The notes under the pieces: generated by a model
The model's database searches: none
The model's input: the letters and a program-made list of their open reading frames with translations, nothing else
What the model was told of the DNA's origin: nothing
NCBI GenBank assembly: GCA_054661495.1
Contig: BAAFSQ010000100.1
Location: forward strand, 1-32,000
Length of the DNA stretch: 32,000 bases
Reading direction: 5' to 3'
Origin: Zygophlyctis sp. KS116
Lineage: Eukaryota; Fungi; Chytridiomycota
Position numbers and translations under genes: made by a program
Shown: positions 1 through 10,819 of the stretch, in pieces
How positions within the stretch are numbered: position 1 is the first letter of the stretch
How the letters are laid out: each line of letters starts with the position of its first letter

Positions 1-247
1 TTCAAGCTCTTTATGAGTACTAATTTCATCATCATCTTGATCTTTTGATTCTATTGCAGCGTCAGATTCTAACAGATTAACAGATTCAGATATTGAATCT
101 GCAATCCCATCTTGATAGTGCAACAATTCCATGGGTACACTTTGATTAGTATCTTCATGAACTTTCACTTCAAGCTCTTTATGAGTACTAATTTCATCAT
201 CATCTTGATCTTTTGATTCTATTGCAGCGTCAGATTCTAACAGATAA
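1..247. repeat. Coding tandem repeat, period 168 bp (56 aa), in the C-terminus of the SH3 protein
   Basis: ttcaagctctttatgagtactaatttcatcatcatcttgatcttttgattctattgcagcgtcagattctaacagat occurs at both 1 and 169. Confidence 0.9.
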
Positions 248-1726
248 GAAAACTCAGATACTGAGTTTGTATTCATTTGATCGAGATCATCGTTATGCAA
301 CATAATAGAATTCATGCGCTGACTTTGATTATTATCTTCTTTTCTTTCTAACTGAGCTTTAGCATCGAATTCGATCAAGGTAACAGAATTACTTTGTTCC
401 AAATGATCGTTGGTTAAATCTTCAATTTTAGATACTGAAGGAGAATCACTAATTGAATCGGATAAAGTACTTTTGATTAATTCAGCATCACCAGTATCCG
501 ATTTTTGCAACTGTGGTATGTCCATAATCACAATTTGTGTAATACGCTGCTCGTCTTTCTTATTTATCTCTGGAATATCGAAGCTTTTTATTTGTTCATC
601 ATCAACTTCCACAAGCTCTTCAATAATCGTATTAACTTGATGCAGAACATTTTTAGTCTCCTCCAATGACTGATTTACAATTTCATCCACCTTTTTTAAT
701 TTTGGATCAATTTCCAGTATTTTAATGTCAAGATCAGCCAGGCCATCTTGTGATCCCTGATCAGACACTACAGGATTGAGATCATCACGTTTGAAATCCA
801 TACTGGGCGTTTTCTCAGATTGAAGATTTTTCAAAATATTTGATAAACTTTGATCCTCAATCCACTCCAACACATTAAAAGGACAATCCCCACTTTCCAA
901 AGTTTCGATATTCATACTATATAATGAGAATTGTGATAAAATACCCCTGACACCACCCATCTGAAAAAACAGACGACACATTTACAATGTTTCCCTTTAA
1001 AAGCATTAATTCATTTGCTTGTAGTGGTATACGGTCTACTAAAACCTTATAGTATCCTACACTTGAATTTGAAACATTTTTTAAGAATTTGGCAGCTTTT
1101 GATCCTTTAAGAATATTTAAAGGTGCGATTCCTTGTTCCCCTGTAATTTCATTTAAACATAGTCCCCATCCATCACTAAAAACCATTAAAACCCTAATTT
1201 CTTGACCAAATTGTAAACTAATTTCATTAATCCTTTCAGCCATTCTATCAACCACACAAGTATAACTCCCTGGCTCTTTGACAAGAATGTCATCTGATAT
1301 TGATAATTTCTTTACTAGCTTTGGTTTATTTTCCTTATTCTCAAACTGATGCTCATCAAACTCTCGATCTGAAACCTGAAATCCACTTGTAGACTTCAAG
1401 ATTGATAGTGGAACGATGCCTTCTTCTCCTGATTCTTCATTTATACAATGTCCCCAACCATCACTAAACGCCATCATCAATCTTACAGATTGAAACTTTT
1501 GCAATGAGAGCTCATTTGATTGTGTTGCAATTCTTTCGGACATTGCCATATACATTCCAGCGGCAAAATAAATGTCCGGTGAATGATCTGCTGCTAGATC
1601 GGTTCGACTGATTACAGCATCTTTCAGACTTTTACTTAAACCTTCAAGTTTTGCTTCCAGCTCTTCAGCTCTTCCCTTAAGTCTTGAAATTCTTGCCTGG
1701 CGATCATTTCTCTTGATCATGGTCAT
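1..1726 (-). CDS. Multi-SH3-domain protein (N-terminal coiled coil, three SH3 domains, long acidic repetitive C-terminus); 3' end runs off the window
   Basis: Three SH3-like units (NELSL..FSDGWG..GEEGIVP; NEISL..FSDGWG..GEQGIAP; NELML..FSDGWCQG). Removing the 28-nt GT-AG intron 917-944 completes the third SH3 (DGWCQG-MNIETLESGDCPFNVL); the frame then continues toward position 1. Confidence 0.8.
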
Positions 1727-1873
1727 TAAGGAACTTGCCTACAAATTTTTCCTGTGCAAAGAAATTTTTGTTGACAGGTCCAGGTCTTAAACCTAAATTT
1801 TTGAAATTTGAAAGAGTGGTGGATGGTCAGGGGGTTCTAATCTTCTACTTTAAACCTCATACTACAAGAAAGG

Positions 1874-3050
1874 ATGAACCTCTTATGGAACAAAAAATAT
1901 CTTAAACAGATCATAGTAATAATATCATCAATTATTCTCTTAATCATGGGATTAAACCTAGAAAATGATTTTACAAAACAAGCAATTTATCTCTTGGCTA
2001 CATCGACATTCTTTCTCGGTCTAGGTCAAAGTTCAAACCTACTATTGGCAAGTTTACTGCTAAATGTCTTGGGTTTTGTGATTTTTAACAAATCCAATCA
2101 TGAAACATTTTACGAAATTTCGAATTTTTCAGTCTCATCAGACTTGCAATTACAAAAACAATCACAAAAGCCTTTAAAACTACGAATTCAACTTTTGGAT
2201 CCACAATTTAGGGTTACTGTCGACCCTAATAACAAACCTCCGCAGATTTTGGCCGTGAGCAAAGGAAGAGTTAAAGAGTGCAATCTATTTCAATCCTCTT
2301 CAAGCGATTTTGATGAATCGCGATTATATTTTCTTAATTATACAATGGTATGTGATCAGATGGTATCTAATACAATTTATACAATAATTAAATTTGAAAA
2401 AGAAAAAACAGGTACCTCATTTTATTCAAATTATAGGATTCTGTTGTGATTCAAGTCAATGCTTTCCAGTATTATCTCATAAAATTAACTGCAATCACTT
2501 ATTCAAGAATTCTTTCTTTTCAGATCGTGACTCTTATAAAAAAATGGAATTACAAGTACTGCCAAAAAAGGAAGTTTTGGAATTGAATTCAGTAGCGACA
2601 TCTAAACAACCCCAAATAGAAAACCCATCATGTCAGAACTGGCAATCTTACATCCCAAACCTTTTAGATCGATATTTGAGAAGGAATTTGGTGATTTCTG
2701 ATATAGAAACAACTCTTACTAATAAAGAGATCGTCAATAATACCAAAAGAACATCCTCGACTTTAAATTCTGCTGATTGCTCAAATGAAACATTAAATTC
2801 TGCTGATTTCTCAAATGCATCTTATAATGCTTATCTAGAATTTGATTTAAATCTAGATAAAAAGAGTCAAAAATTCGTATCATTGGATAATCCATCATCT
2901 GTGATCAAGATTTCAAATGGCTTAATGCAAATTTCTACTATACGATTTTGGCAAGTTTTAATGTTTTGCGGTTTAATGCTTCTCTTCATAACATTTTGCT
3001 GGGTAATGTTCATGGTACTGATTGAATTTTTCTCTCTAGAGTATTCATAA
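1874..3050 (+). CDS. Hypothetical membrane protein (2-3 N-terminal TM segments, one C-terminal TM)
   Basis: ORFs 1874-2449 and 2394-3050 join in frame through the 25-nt intron 2412-2436 (EKTG-FCCD); hydrophobic stretches at both ends; no family recognised. Confidence 0.6.
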
Positions 3051-3179
3051 TAAAAATTGGTTTGATCATTAATTGAATCTAAATATTGAGAGTAGAACGT
3101 CTGCGCTTCCGACCAAACGCCAAGCCTTTCAGACATATGTTGGCACCTGTGGCTTTAATGCTTTATGATTTATTGAAGA

Positions 3180-4790
3180 ATGCTTAATCCCGCATTGAAC
3201 TATTGGATCTTACTCTCTACAATTTTGCTATTTGCCTTGCCTGCTGTTTGCCGTGAGGAAGAGATTGTAGAAATTGATCATGTTGATTCCCGATCGGGAC
3301 AGGTCTGAGTATTTAGCTGATGATTAGATTTATGATAAACTGGGAAGATCTAGAATATTTCATGGAGTCAATATTGTTTACAAGGCATTTCCATACTATC
3401 CGGACTTGGACAACTTTGATCCGCGGTGGAGTTTCTCAATGGAGGATGTTAATCTATTGGCTGATCTTGGGATGAATATGATCAGACTTGATGTTTCATG
3501 GGCAGGAGCAGAACCCGAAAGAGGAAAGTATAATCAGACATATTTTGAAGTGGTACATAGGATCGTTGATATGTGCAAAAGTCGTGGGATTTACGTACTT
3601 TTAGAGTGGCACCAAGATATTTTCTCTGAACGATATTGCGGTAATGGGGCTCCTCTATGGGCTTCAAGACCACTTGACCGTGGAAATAGATTCGGGTTTC
3701 CTTTTCCAATGGGGCGGCCATTTAAGATTAATTCGTTATCCGGACTTCCGGATGCAAAACAATGCGATAATTTTTTTGTCCTGGGATATGGTAGCTACGC
3801 TCTTAGTCAAGCTTATGAAGATTTATATTTTAATTTTAATGGTATAAGGGACTCATTTGTCGACTTTTGGAAAAAGGTTGCAGTTGAATTTAGAAATTCT
3901 TCAAACGTGATTGGCTATGAATTTATTAATGGTAACTCTATTTCTTTAAAATTAGAGCCTTGGGTAGGCCAATGGGCACATGATCCATTTATTTTGACAA
4001 AGAAAGCAGATCGTACACGTCTTCAGCCATTTTATGAAGCTATATCTAGTGGAGTGAGACAAGTTGATGATCAAAAACTCTTCTTCATTGAATCTATTAA
4101 TATAGATTTGTTTCAAATTGGATTTACTAAATTTCCAGTAGCTCCAGAATACCTTAACAAGACTGTTCTATCTTGGCATTTTTACTGGAATCCACTTGGA
4201 AAACAGAGATATATCAAGGCTAGATTTGATGAAGCCCGTAGATTCCACACTGTTTCTTTTGCATCAGAAATTGATATCAGCTGGAAAGATGGAATCTCCA
4301 AGTTGTAATTATCTTCTTATTTAACAGTCGAAGATTAAACAAAAAAGTTTCGAATACATTAGAAACTATAAAAATGTTGGATAAATACAAAGTATCCTGG
4401 CTTGGATGGGAATATAAGACTTTTGTGAGAAAGACTGGATTTAATGATGGGATTTTCGATGAATCAAATGGCGAAAAGAGATCTGAAGTTCTAAAAGCGT
4501 ATTCACGCCCATACGCACATGCAGTGCCAGGCGTGATTGACTATATGAATTACGATGATGATAGAGGAAATTTCACTTTGATATGGACTGTCCCCCCATA
4601 TTATTCTTCTAAAGGCGCAGTGATATCTACGGGAAAACGTTGGCATTATCCAAAAGGAATGTTGGTTAAATTGACTCCAAACATTTCTGATTCATATCAT
4701 GAAAATGGCGCTATACTATACGTGAATAATGCAAGAAGACAATATCCTCAAACTATAAAGATAGAACTTCTTCGTGCAGATTCATATTAA
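3180..4790 (+). CDS. Secreted GH5 glycoside hydrolase, endoglycoceramidase-like, copy 1
   Basis: Signal peptide; GRSRIFHGVNIVYK, GMNMIRL, WAGAEP, HQD; acid/base GYEFINEP after splicing; nucleophile region FASE; WLGWEYK; YSRPY. Introns 3303-3327, 3932-3955, 4305-4327. Confidence 0.9.
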
Positions 4791-5394
4791 CAATAAACTC
4801 ATTGTATTTCTAGGAAAAACAGCCATTTATTCGCTGCTTACCAGTCAAATTTAGGGGATCCGCTTGTTTACACTGATCAGCCTCTTTCCACTAGGCAATA
4901 CTTGAACTTTATAATGTACTTAAAGATCTTACTCTCTACAATTTTGCTATTTGCCTTGCCTGCTGTTTGCCGTGAGGAAGAGATTGTAGAAATTGATCAT
5001 GTTGATTCCCGATCGGGACAGGTCTGAGTATTTAGCTGATGATTAGATTTATGATAAACTGGGAAGATCTAGAATATTTCATGGAGTCAATATTGTTTAC
5101 AAGGCATTTCCATACTATCCGGACTTGGACAACTTTGATCCGCGGTGGAGTTTCTCAATGGAGGATGTTAATCTATTGGCTGATCTTGGGATGAATATGA
5201 TCAGACTTGATGTTTCATGGGCAGGAGCAGAACCCGAAAGAGGAAAGTATAATCAGACATATTTTGAAGTGGTACATAGGATCGTTGATATGTGCAAAAG
5301 TCGTGGGATTTACGTACTTTTAGAGTGGCACCAAGATATTTTCTCTGAACGATATTGCGGTAATGGGGCTCCTCTATGGGCTTCAAGACCACTT
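3206..5394 (+). repeat. 470-bp identical direct repeat (3206-3675 = 4925-5394) shared by the two GH5 paralogs
   Basis: Identity by eye from gatcttactctctac to gcttcaagaccactt at offset 1719, including intron 1. Confidence 0.92.
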
Positions 5395-6491
5395 ATTCAC
5401 GGGGATAGATTTAGATTCCCGTTTCCTTGGAGTAAAACCAGAGTCGCATTATATCACAATGGGCCAATGAATGAAGAAACATGTTCAGGATTAAATTTTG
5501 CGAATGGATATTTTAATTTTGAACTCTCTCAGGCTTTTGAAGACCTGTACTTAAATTACAATGGGGTCAGAGATTCATTTGTTAATTTTTGGAGAAAAAT
5601 AGCATCTGAATTCAAGAATGAGTCTAATGTTGTCGGCTATGAATTTATAAATGGTAACTTAAATTAAAAGTAATATTAGAACCCTGGGTTGGACAATTTT
5701 GGAAGAATCCGGGGCTGATTTATACTCCAAATGCTGACTTTAATCGTCTTCAACCTCTTTACGAGTTATTACACGAAGCAGTTCGTAAAATTGACACTGA
5801 AAAGCTAATTTTCTATGAACCAGTTCCTGTCGATTTGCAAAAAGTTGGTTTTAAATCTCTTCCTGGCTCTAGTGATCAAAAATCTGTTCTTTCATGGCAT
5901 TTTTACTGGAATCCAGTTGGAAAATCAGCAGTTTTTCAAGGTAGAATTCAAGATTCAAAGAGACTTAATGTTGTACCATTTGTTTCTGAATTTGATATAA
6001 CATGGGATGGATCCTTGAGAAGAAATTTAGAAGTTGATGAAGGGGGCCTTCAAGTCAATGATTCTCTAGATACTATGAAAAGATTAGACTCTGATTTAAT
6101 TTCATGGCTTGGATGGGAATATAAAACTTATATCAAAAAGACTGGATACGGCGAAGGAATTTTTGATAGTATTAATCAAGTTCAAAGACCTGACATGATC
6201 AAACTCTATTCACGACCATTTGCACAATCTGTTTCTGGAAAAATAATTTACATGGATTATGATGATCAAGAGAATACGTTCAAGTTAAGTTGGGAAATTC
6301 CGCCATTTTCACTGTCAAAATCTTCCACTGTTATCTCTACAGGAAGAAAATGGCATTATCCAAATGGAATGGTAGTTACTATAACCCCCAATGATACCAC
6401 TTCGTATCTTTTAAAGGACAATTTGATGTTTGTGAATGCTCAAAGCCGCCAATTTACACAAATTATTAATTTGACATTAACTAGAAAATAG
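4914..6491 (+). CDS. Secreted GH5 glycoside hydrolase, endoglycoceramidase-like, copy 2
   Basis: Same motifs (GYEFINEP, FVSEF, WLGWEYK, YSRPF). Introns 5022-5046 and 5654-5679. Confidence 0.9.
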
Positions 6492-6626
6492 ATCAAGTTT
6501 TATATAATGCGGAATAATGGTTGCATACTGAGTTTGGGACAATAAGGGACAATGAGGGACAATATGAGCCAATAGGTTAGCTGGTGCGGGGCGGTCACCT
6601 TGTCCGAATTTAGAAAAAAAAAGTTG

Positions 6627-7571
6627 ATGATGACGCAAATCGAAACAGTTCCCACACATAATGATATAATATGTTCTTCCTTGTACTCTAACGGATATGT
6701 CAAAGGACTATATTCTGATCTTACACTTCGAATTCATTCTACAAACTTGTCTATGGACGGAATTCATTTTAAAATTCATAAACTCTTGGCCGTCAAGTCT
6801 CCACTTTTAGCATCATGCTTATCAAATGAATCTGAAATTAATTTGACTCTAAATGATTCAAACATCACTCCTGAAGGTCTAGGAATAGCTATTGGTCATT
6901 TGTATGCTTCATACTCTTCTTCTATCCTCATTTCTTCTTTAACAGGTTCCACTAGCCTCCAAAGAGCTAAACTTTTGAAAAGTGTTCTCTCGGCAGCGTC
7001 TCTTTTGAGATTAGCTGATTTAGTTCATTTGGTTTCCACTTTAATAACTACAGATATTTGTTTAGAAAATGTTGTCGAATATGTTTATCTGGAAGAATAT
7101 TCCAATGCTGAAATTTCAAAGAATATTTTTGAATTTTTAACTAGAGGTAAAAAAAAGTTTTTATAAGTATTATTAGGAATCTTCAAGAAACTTGATAATC
7201 CATGGAACAAGTCTTTAGAAACTTATGATCAACTAGTATCTGTATTTTCAAAACTTAACTTTGAATTACTTAAAAAAGTAATTGAATCAAAGGAATTTCA
7301 AGTCCCAAGTGATATGGAAAGATTTTCATTTGCTAAAAAAGTGGTCTCTGTTCGTGCTGCTCGCAATCCAAAAACAAATCTTAATTATGCTGGCGAAGAG
7401 AATGTATTATTATCTTTTGGATTGAAATCTGGTGAATCTGGTGAATCTGGTGTTACTTTAGTTAGAAAATCTCCCAAATCTCTAAACTCCAAAAAAAGCC
7501 TTGCACAACCCAGTAATCTCTTGTCTTTAAGTGAACGCAAGATTTGGAAGGCTTTTGAAACATCTGATTAA
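6627..7571 (+). CDS. BTB/POZ-domain protein (germ cell-less-like fungal family)
   Basis: LYSNGYVKGLYSDLTL..FKIHKL..KSPLL..DSNITPEGLGIAIGHLY. The 30-nt intron 7147-7176 joins it to the ..KKVIES..DMERFSFAK exon. Confidence 0.75.
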
Positions 7572-7909
7572 TTTAATGCCTAATAAAATCTTTGCGTTTA
7601 ATGCAAATCTTTTGAACTGTTACTAGGTTAAATTGACCCCAACACTACGCAATTTTTATGACTGCAAGTCCAAAAACAGAAAAGATTACACGGAAAGAAA
7701 AGATTTCTGAATTACTATCAACTGCTCATACAATTGAATCTAAATTACTACAACTCAGTCAAGATCTCAATACTCACATTAACACTCAAAGATTTTGTAT
7801 TATAGAATATAGATCAAGCCTCAGGAGTCTTAAAATCCAGAATGTTTAGGTTCTAAGCCTTAGTTTAGGGTTGTCAAGCAAATTAACAAAGATTTAAATC
7901 TAGTGATAA

Positions 7910-8461
7910 ATGTTTTTTTTATATATGGCTGTATTCCTGACAATTGTCTCATCCTCCTTGACTGGAAGAGAAGTTTTGGACAATCCTAGAAATAGACTTG
8001 AAAGTCTTGATTTACAGCCTATTATTGAAAGAGATTTTCAGAAACGTTTAAATTCTCTAAGGGCAAGGGCTAGTGAGACCTCGCAAGATCTAGATCACCG
8101 GCTTAAAATCACAAAAAATTTAGTTCCAGCTTTAGAACAGAAATTAGAGGACTGGAGAAATGCACTCTCTTTTTTAGATGGACACAAATATTCTCCTGAA
8201 TGGTTCAACAATATTAGGCGTATGTTGAAATTACCTACTGTGTCAGAGCAGGGTGCCAAAATAGGTGGATTTAGGTCCAAGACAAGGGTAGCAATTCTGA
8301 AAGAAATTAAAGATTTACATGAAAAAATCAAGGATTGCAAGTCTAAAATAGAGAATTTGGATGAACAAATCACAAATGCTATATTGTCAGATTTTGTTGA
8401 AATTCGTAAAAATTTAAAGGATGAAAATGGATGGGAAATTATTTTTGATTATGGTCGGTAA
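7910..8461 (+). CDS. Hypothetical secreted coiled-coil protein, intronless
   Basis: 183-aa ORF with a hydrophobic N-terminus (MFFLYMAVFLTIVSS) and a heptad-like helical body; no family recognised. Confidence 0.55.
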   Translation: MFFLYMAVFLTIVSSSLTGREVLDNPRNRLESLDLQPIIERDFQKRLNSLRARASETSQDLDHRLKITKNLVPALEQKLEDWRNALSFLDGHKYSPEWFNNIRRMLKLPTVSEQGAKIGGFRSKTRVAILKEIKDLHEKIKDCKSKIENLDEQITNAILSDFVEIRKNLKDENGWEIIFDYGR

Positions 8462-8597
8462 ACTCAACTTTAAAAGGATTTGTTGACTGCCGCTAGAAGA
8501 GCTGTATATGATCTACGTAAAGGTTTTTTCTTTTAGTGCTTTCAGAAACCTCAAATAAATTTAAAAATAATGATTATAAGGGTGTTTTCTTTGAAAA

Positions 8598-10337
8598 TTA
8601 CAATTCATCATCACTAGATCCTTTTTTGCAAGGTTTCTTTAATTTTCTTGCTTCTGTTTGCATTTCTTCCCAGTCTTCCATAATTGAATTTTTAGAGGCT
8701 TCTTTAGCCTTTGCAATTCCAATCTTTCTTTTTTCTTTTTTTTCCTTACGATCGAGTCGTTTCTCCTTGAGCTGTTTTTGGTTTGACCATGATACGGGCT
8801 TACGTTTAAGAGATTTAACCTCTTTGATTTCTTTGAGTTGTTCCAAACGCTTTTTCTCCCTATTCTTGTCCAGATAAGAAATCTTTTGAGTGTCAACTTC
8901 TACGGGTTCAAAGTCAACTTTACCTTTTGCAAGTTCAGGCATTTTTGGAAGTCTGAAAAGACCAAAAGACCTTGCAATTTTTCCTAAATCCAATTTTTTC
9001 AAATTAAAGATGAAATTAGCTTGATGTTCATTATAATATCTTATCCAACTGACAAATGCTTTGATGCTTTTTTCATAAATATCACGATCCAATTTGTTAA
9101 TTTCTATAATTTCCTTGCAGTAATCTTCAACAAACTCATCCATCGGCAGAGCTAATTCTTCCATGGGCACTTTTCGAATCTTTAAAAATTCAATAAAAGT
9201 ATCCTCTTTTGGATCTAGAAATACCAATGCCGAACCTTCTTTTCCAATCCTGGCAGTCCTTCCACACCTATGAGAAAAAGATTTTGGATCTTGTGGAGGA
9301 TCATACTGTATTACATAATCAATATCAGGAAAATCCAATCCTCTAGCAGCAATATCTGTACAAATCAAAATCGATTTAGGTCCTGAACTTGCAAATTTTG
9401 AATATACTGCTTGTCGTCTTTTCGGGTCCATTTTCCCATGCAGAGAAAACCAATCAAATCCATTAAACCTCTTCCAATTTGTTAATAGTTTGTAATAGTA
9501 ATCTACTACTGCACACGTAGCAACATAAAGTATAAATTTCTGGTTTGGATTCATTTGTAAAACTTGAGATAAGTTGAACCATTTCTGACTTGGCTCACTT
9601 AGTCGGTAATATATCTTTAAACCTGATGGTATCCTTTGATTTTCATTTTCCAACTGGTTAAATTCTACTTTTGTGATTTTTACAGGATTTCTTAGTCCTA
9701 CTCTACTCCATTCATTCAAAGAATCTGACATTGTAGCAGAAAATAAACCTGTTCTCCTTTGTTTTGGTAAGAATTTCAAAATTGCATTTAAAGAAAATTC
9801 GAACCCCATATCTAGTAATCTATCAGCTTCATCTAAAACTAAAACTTCCAAGTCTTTTGTATTATATAGATAAGAGTAAGTAGTCAGTAATTCATGTATT
9901 CTACCTGGAGTTCCTACTAAAATATTCCCACCTTTTTCCTGAAATTCTTTCAAATCCTTTTCATGATTAGATCCCCCAATCAACAACTGAGTAGACAATG
10001 AATGCTTGAATTTTTTAAAGTAAAATGAATTGACTGAATCCAAAAATAAATTTAAAATTTTAAATATTTGTTCTGCTAGCTCTCTTGTTGGAGCGATTAT
10101 TAATGCACCAATACTATGCATCCGTAATTCATTTTCTAATTTAGACTTTATCAGAATCTGTAGAGTCGGCAAAAGAAACCCTAAAGTTTTTCCAGATCCA
10201 GTAACTGCCTCTACAATCACATCCTTGTTCCTCATAAATAGAGGTAGAGTAGCTTCCTGGACAGGAGTCATTGTCTTGAAATCCAACTTTTCTAATGTCT
10301 GAAGAAGAGGCGGATAGAGATCAGAAGGGAAATTCAT
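8598..10337 (-). CDS. SPB4: DEAD-box RNA helicase SPB4/DDX55
   Basis: Q motif MTPVQ, AVTGSGKT, PTRELA, TPGR, DEAD, SAT, ARGLD, HRCGRTARIG, C-terminal RLPKMPEL and Lys-rich tail; intronless. Confidence 0.93.
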   Translation of the reverse strand: MNFPSDLYPPLLQTLEKLDFKTMTPVQEATLPLFMRNKDVIVEAVTGSGKTLGFLLPTLQILIKSKLENELRMHSIGALIIAPTRELAEQIFKILNLFLDSVNSFYFKKFKHSLSTQLLIGGSNHEKDLKEFQEKGGNILVGTPGRIHELLTTYSYLYNTKDLEVLVLDEADRLLDMGFEFSLNAILKFLPKQRRTGLFSATMSDSLNEWSRVGLRNPVKITKVEFNQLENENQRIPSGLKIYYRLSEPSQKWFNLSQVLQMNPNQKFILYVATCAVVDYYYKLLTNWKRFNGFDWFSLHGKMDPKRRQAVYSKFASSGPKSILICTDIAARGLDFPDIDYVIQYDPPQDPKSFSHRCGRTARIGKEGSALVFLDPKEDTFIEFLKIRKVPMEELALPMDEFVEDYCKEIIEINKLDRDIYEKSIKAFVSWIRYYNEHQANFIFNLKKLDLGKIARSFGLFRLPKMPELAKGKVDFEPVEVDTQKISYLDKNREKKRLEQLKEIKEVKSLKRKPVSWSNQKQLKEKRLDRKEKKEKRKIGIAKAKEASKNSIMEDWEEMQTEARKLKKPCKKGSSDDEL

Positions 10338-10603
10338 TTGGAAAATTCTGCCGTTGGTAGCCGCAACCCCAATTTAACGCTCTGGACAATTTCTCTCTCG
10401 ATCAGGCATTTCTATTTTGTGTTGGCTGGATTGTACAAGTATCAAAGGAGAGGAATGGGTCTGCTGAGAATTTCAATTCAAGTTTGAGTGTCAACTACGT
10501 TCATGAACTACTGTACACAGACCCTAGCCCTAGACAGTAGGAACTGACTTATAAATAGTGTTGTTGACCAATTGATCCAAGTCGTTCGACAGCGTAGCAA
10601 AAC

Positions 10604-10685
10604 TGATCAGAGTGGGGTTCGAACCCACGCCACGTTAGTGAACAGAACCTGAATCTGTCGCCTTAGACCACTCGGCCATCTGACC
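10604..10685 (-). tRNA. tRNA-Leu(CAG)
   Basis: Minus strand GGTCAGATGGCCGAGTGGTCTAAGGCGACAGATTCAGGTTCTGTTCACTAACGTGGCGTGGGTTCGAACCCCACTCTGATCA: acceptor stem GGTCAGA/TCTGATC, anticodon arm ACAGA-TT-CAG-GT-TCTGT, long variable arm, GTTCGAA T loop, followed by TTTT. Confidence 0.95.
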
Positions 10686-10819
10686 GTAAAAATTCTATTT
10701 TTCTCAGAATATAACTTCCAAAAATACCCTACCCCGTCGTTGTTCAACCCTAAACATTTGGTTGCCCCCTCTCTAGAATCCCCTCATCAAAGTTGAAAAT
10801 AATTCTGAAGAAATTTCAT

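Noticed and set aside
2760-2820. 30-bp tandem duplication (LNSADCSNET/LNSADFSNAS)
   Set aside because: Ordinary slippage duplication in a low-complexity coding region.
8536-10302. Plus-strand ORFs antisense to SPB4 (8536-8877, 9673-9873, 10030-10302)
   Set aside because: Shadow frames of a conserved gene, with no recognisable protein features.
10604-10685. Possible CUG reassignment via the CAG-anticodon tRNA
   Set aside because: The tRNA has ordinary Leu features (discriminator A, U33, long variable arm); nothing indicates Ser or Ala identity.
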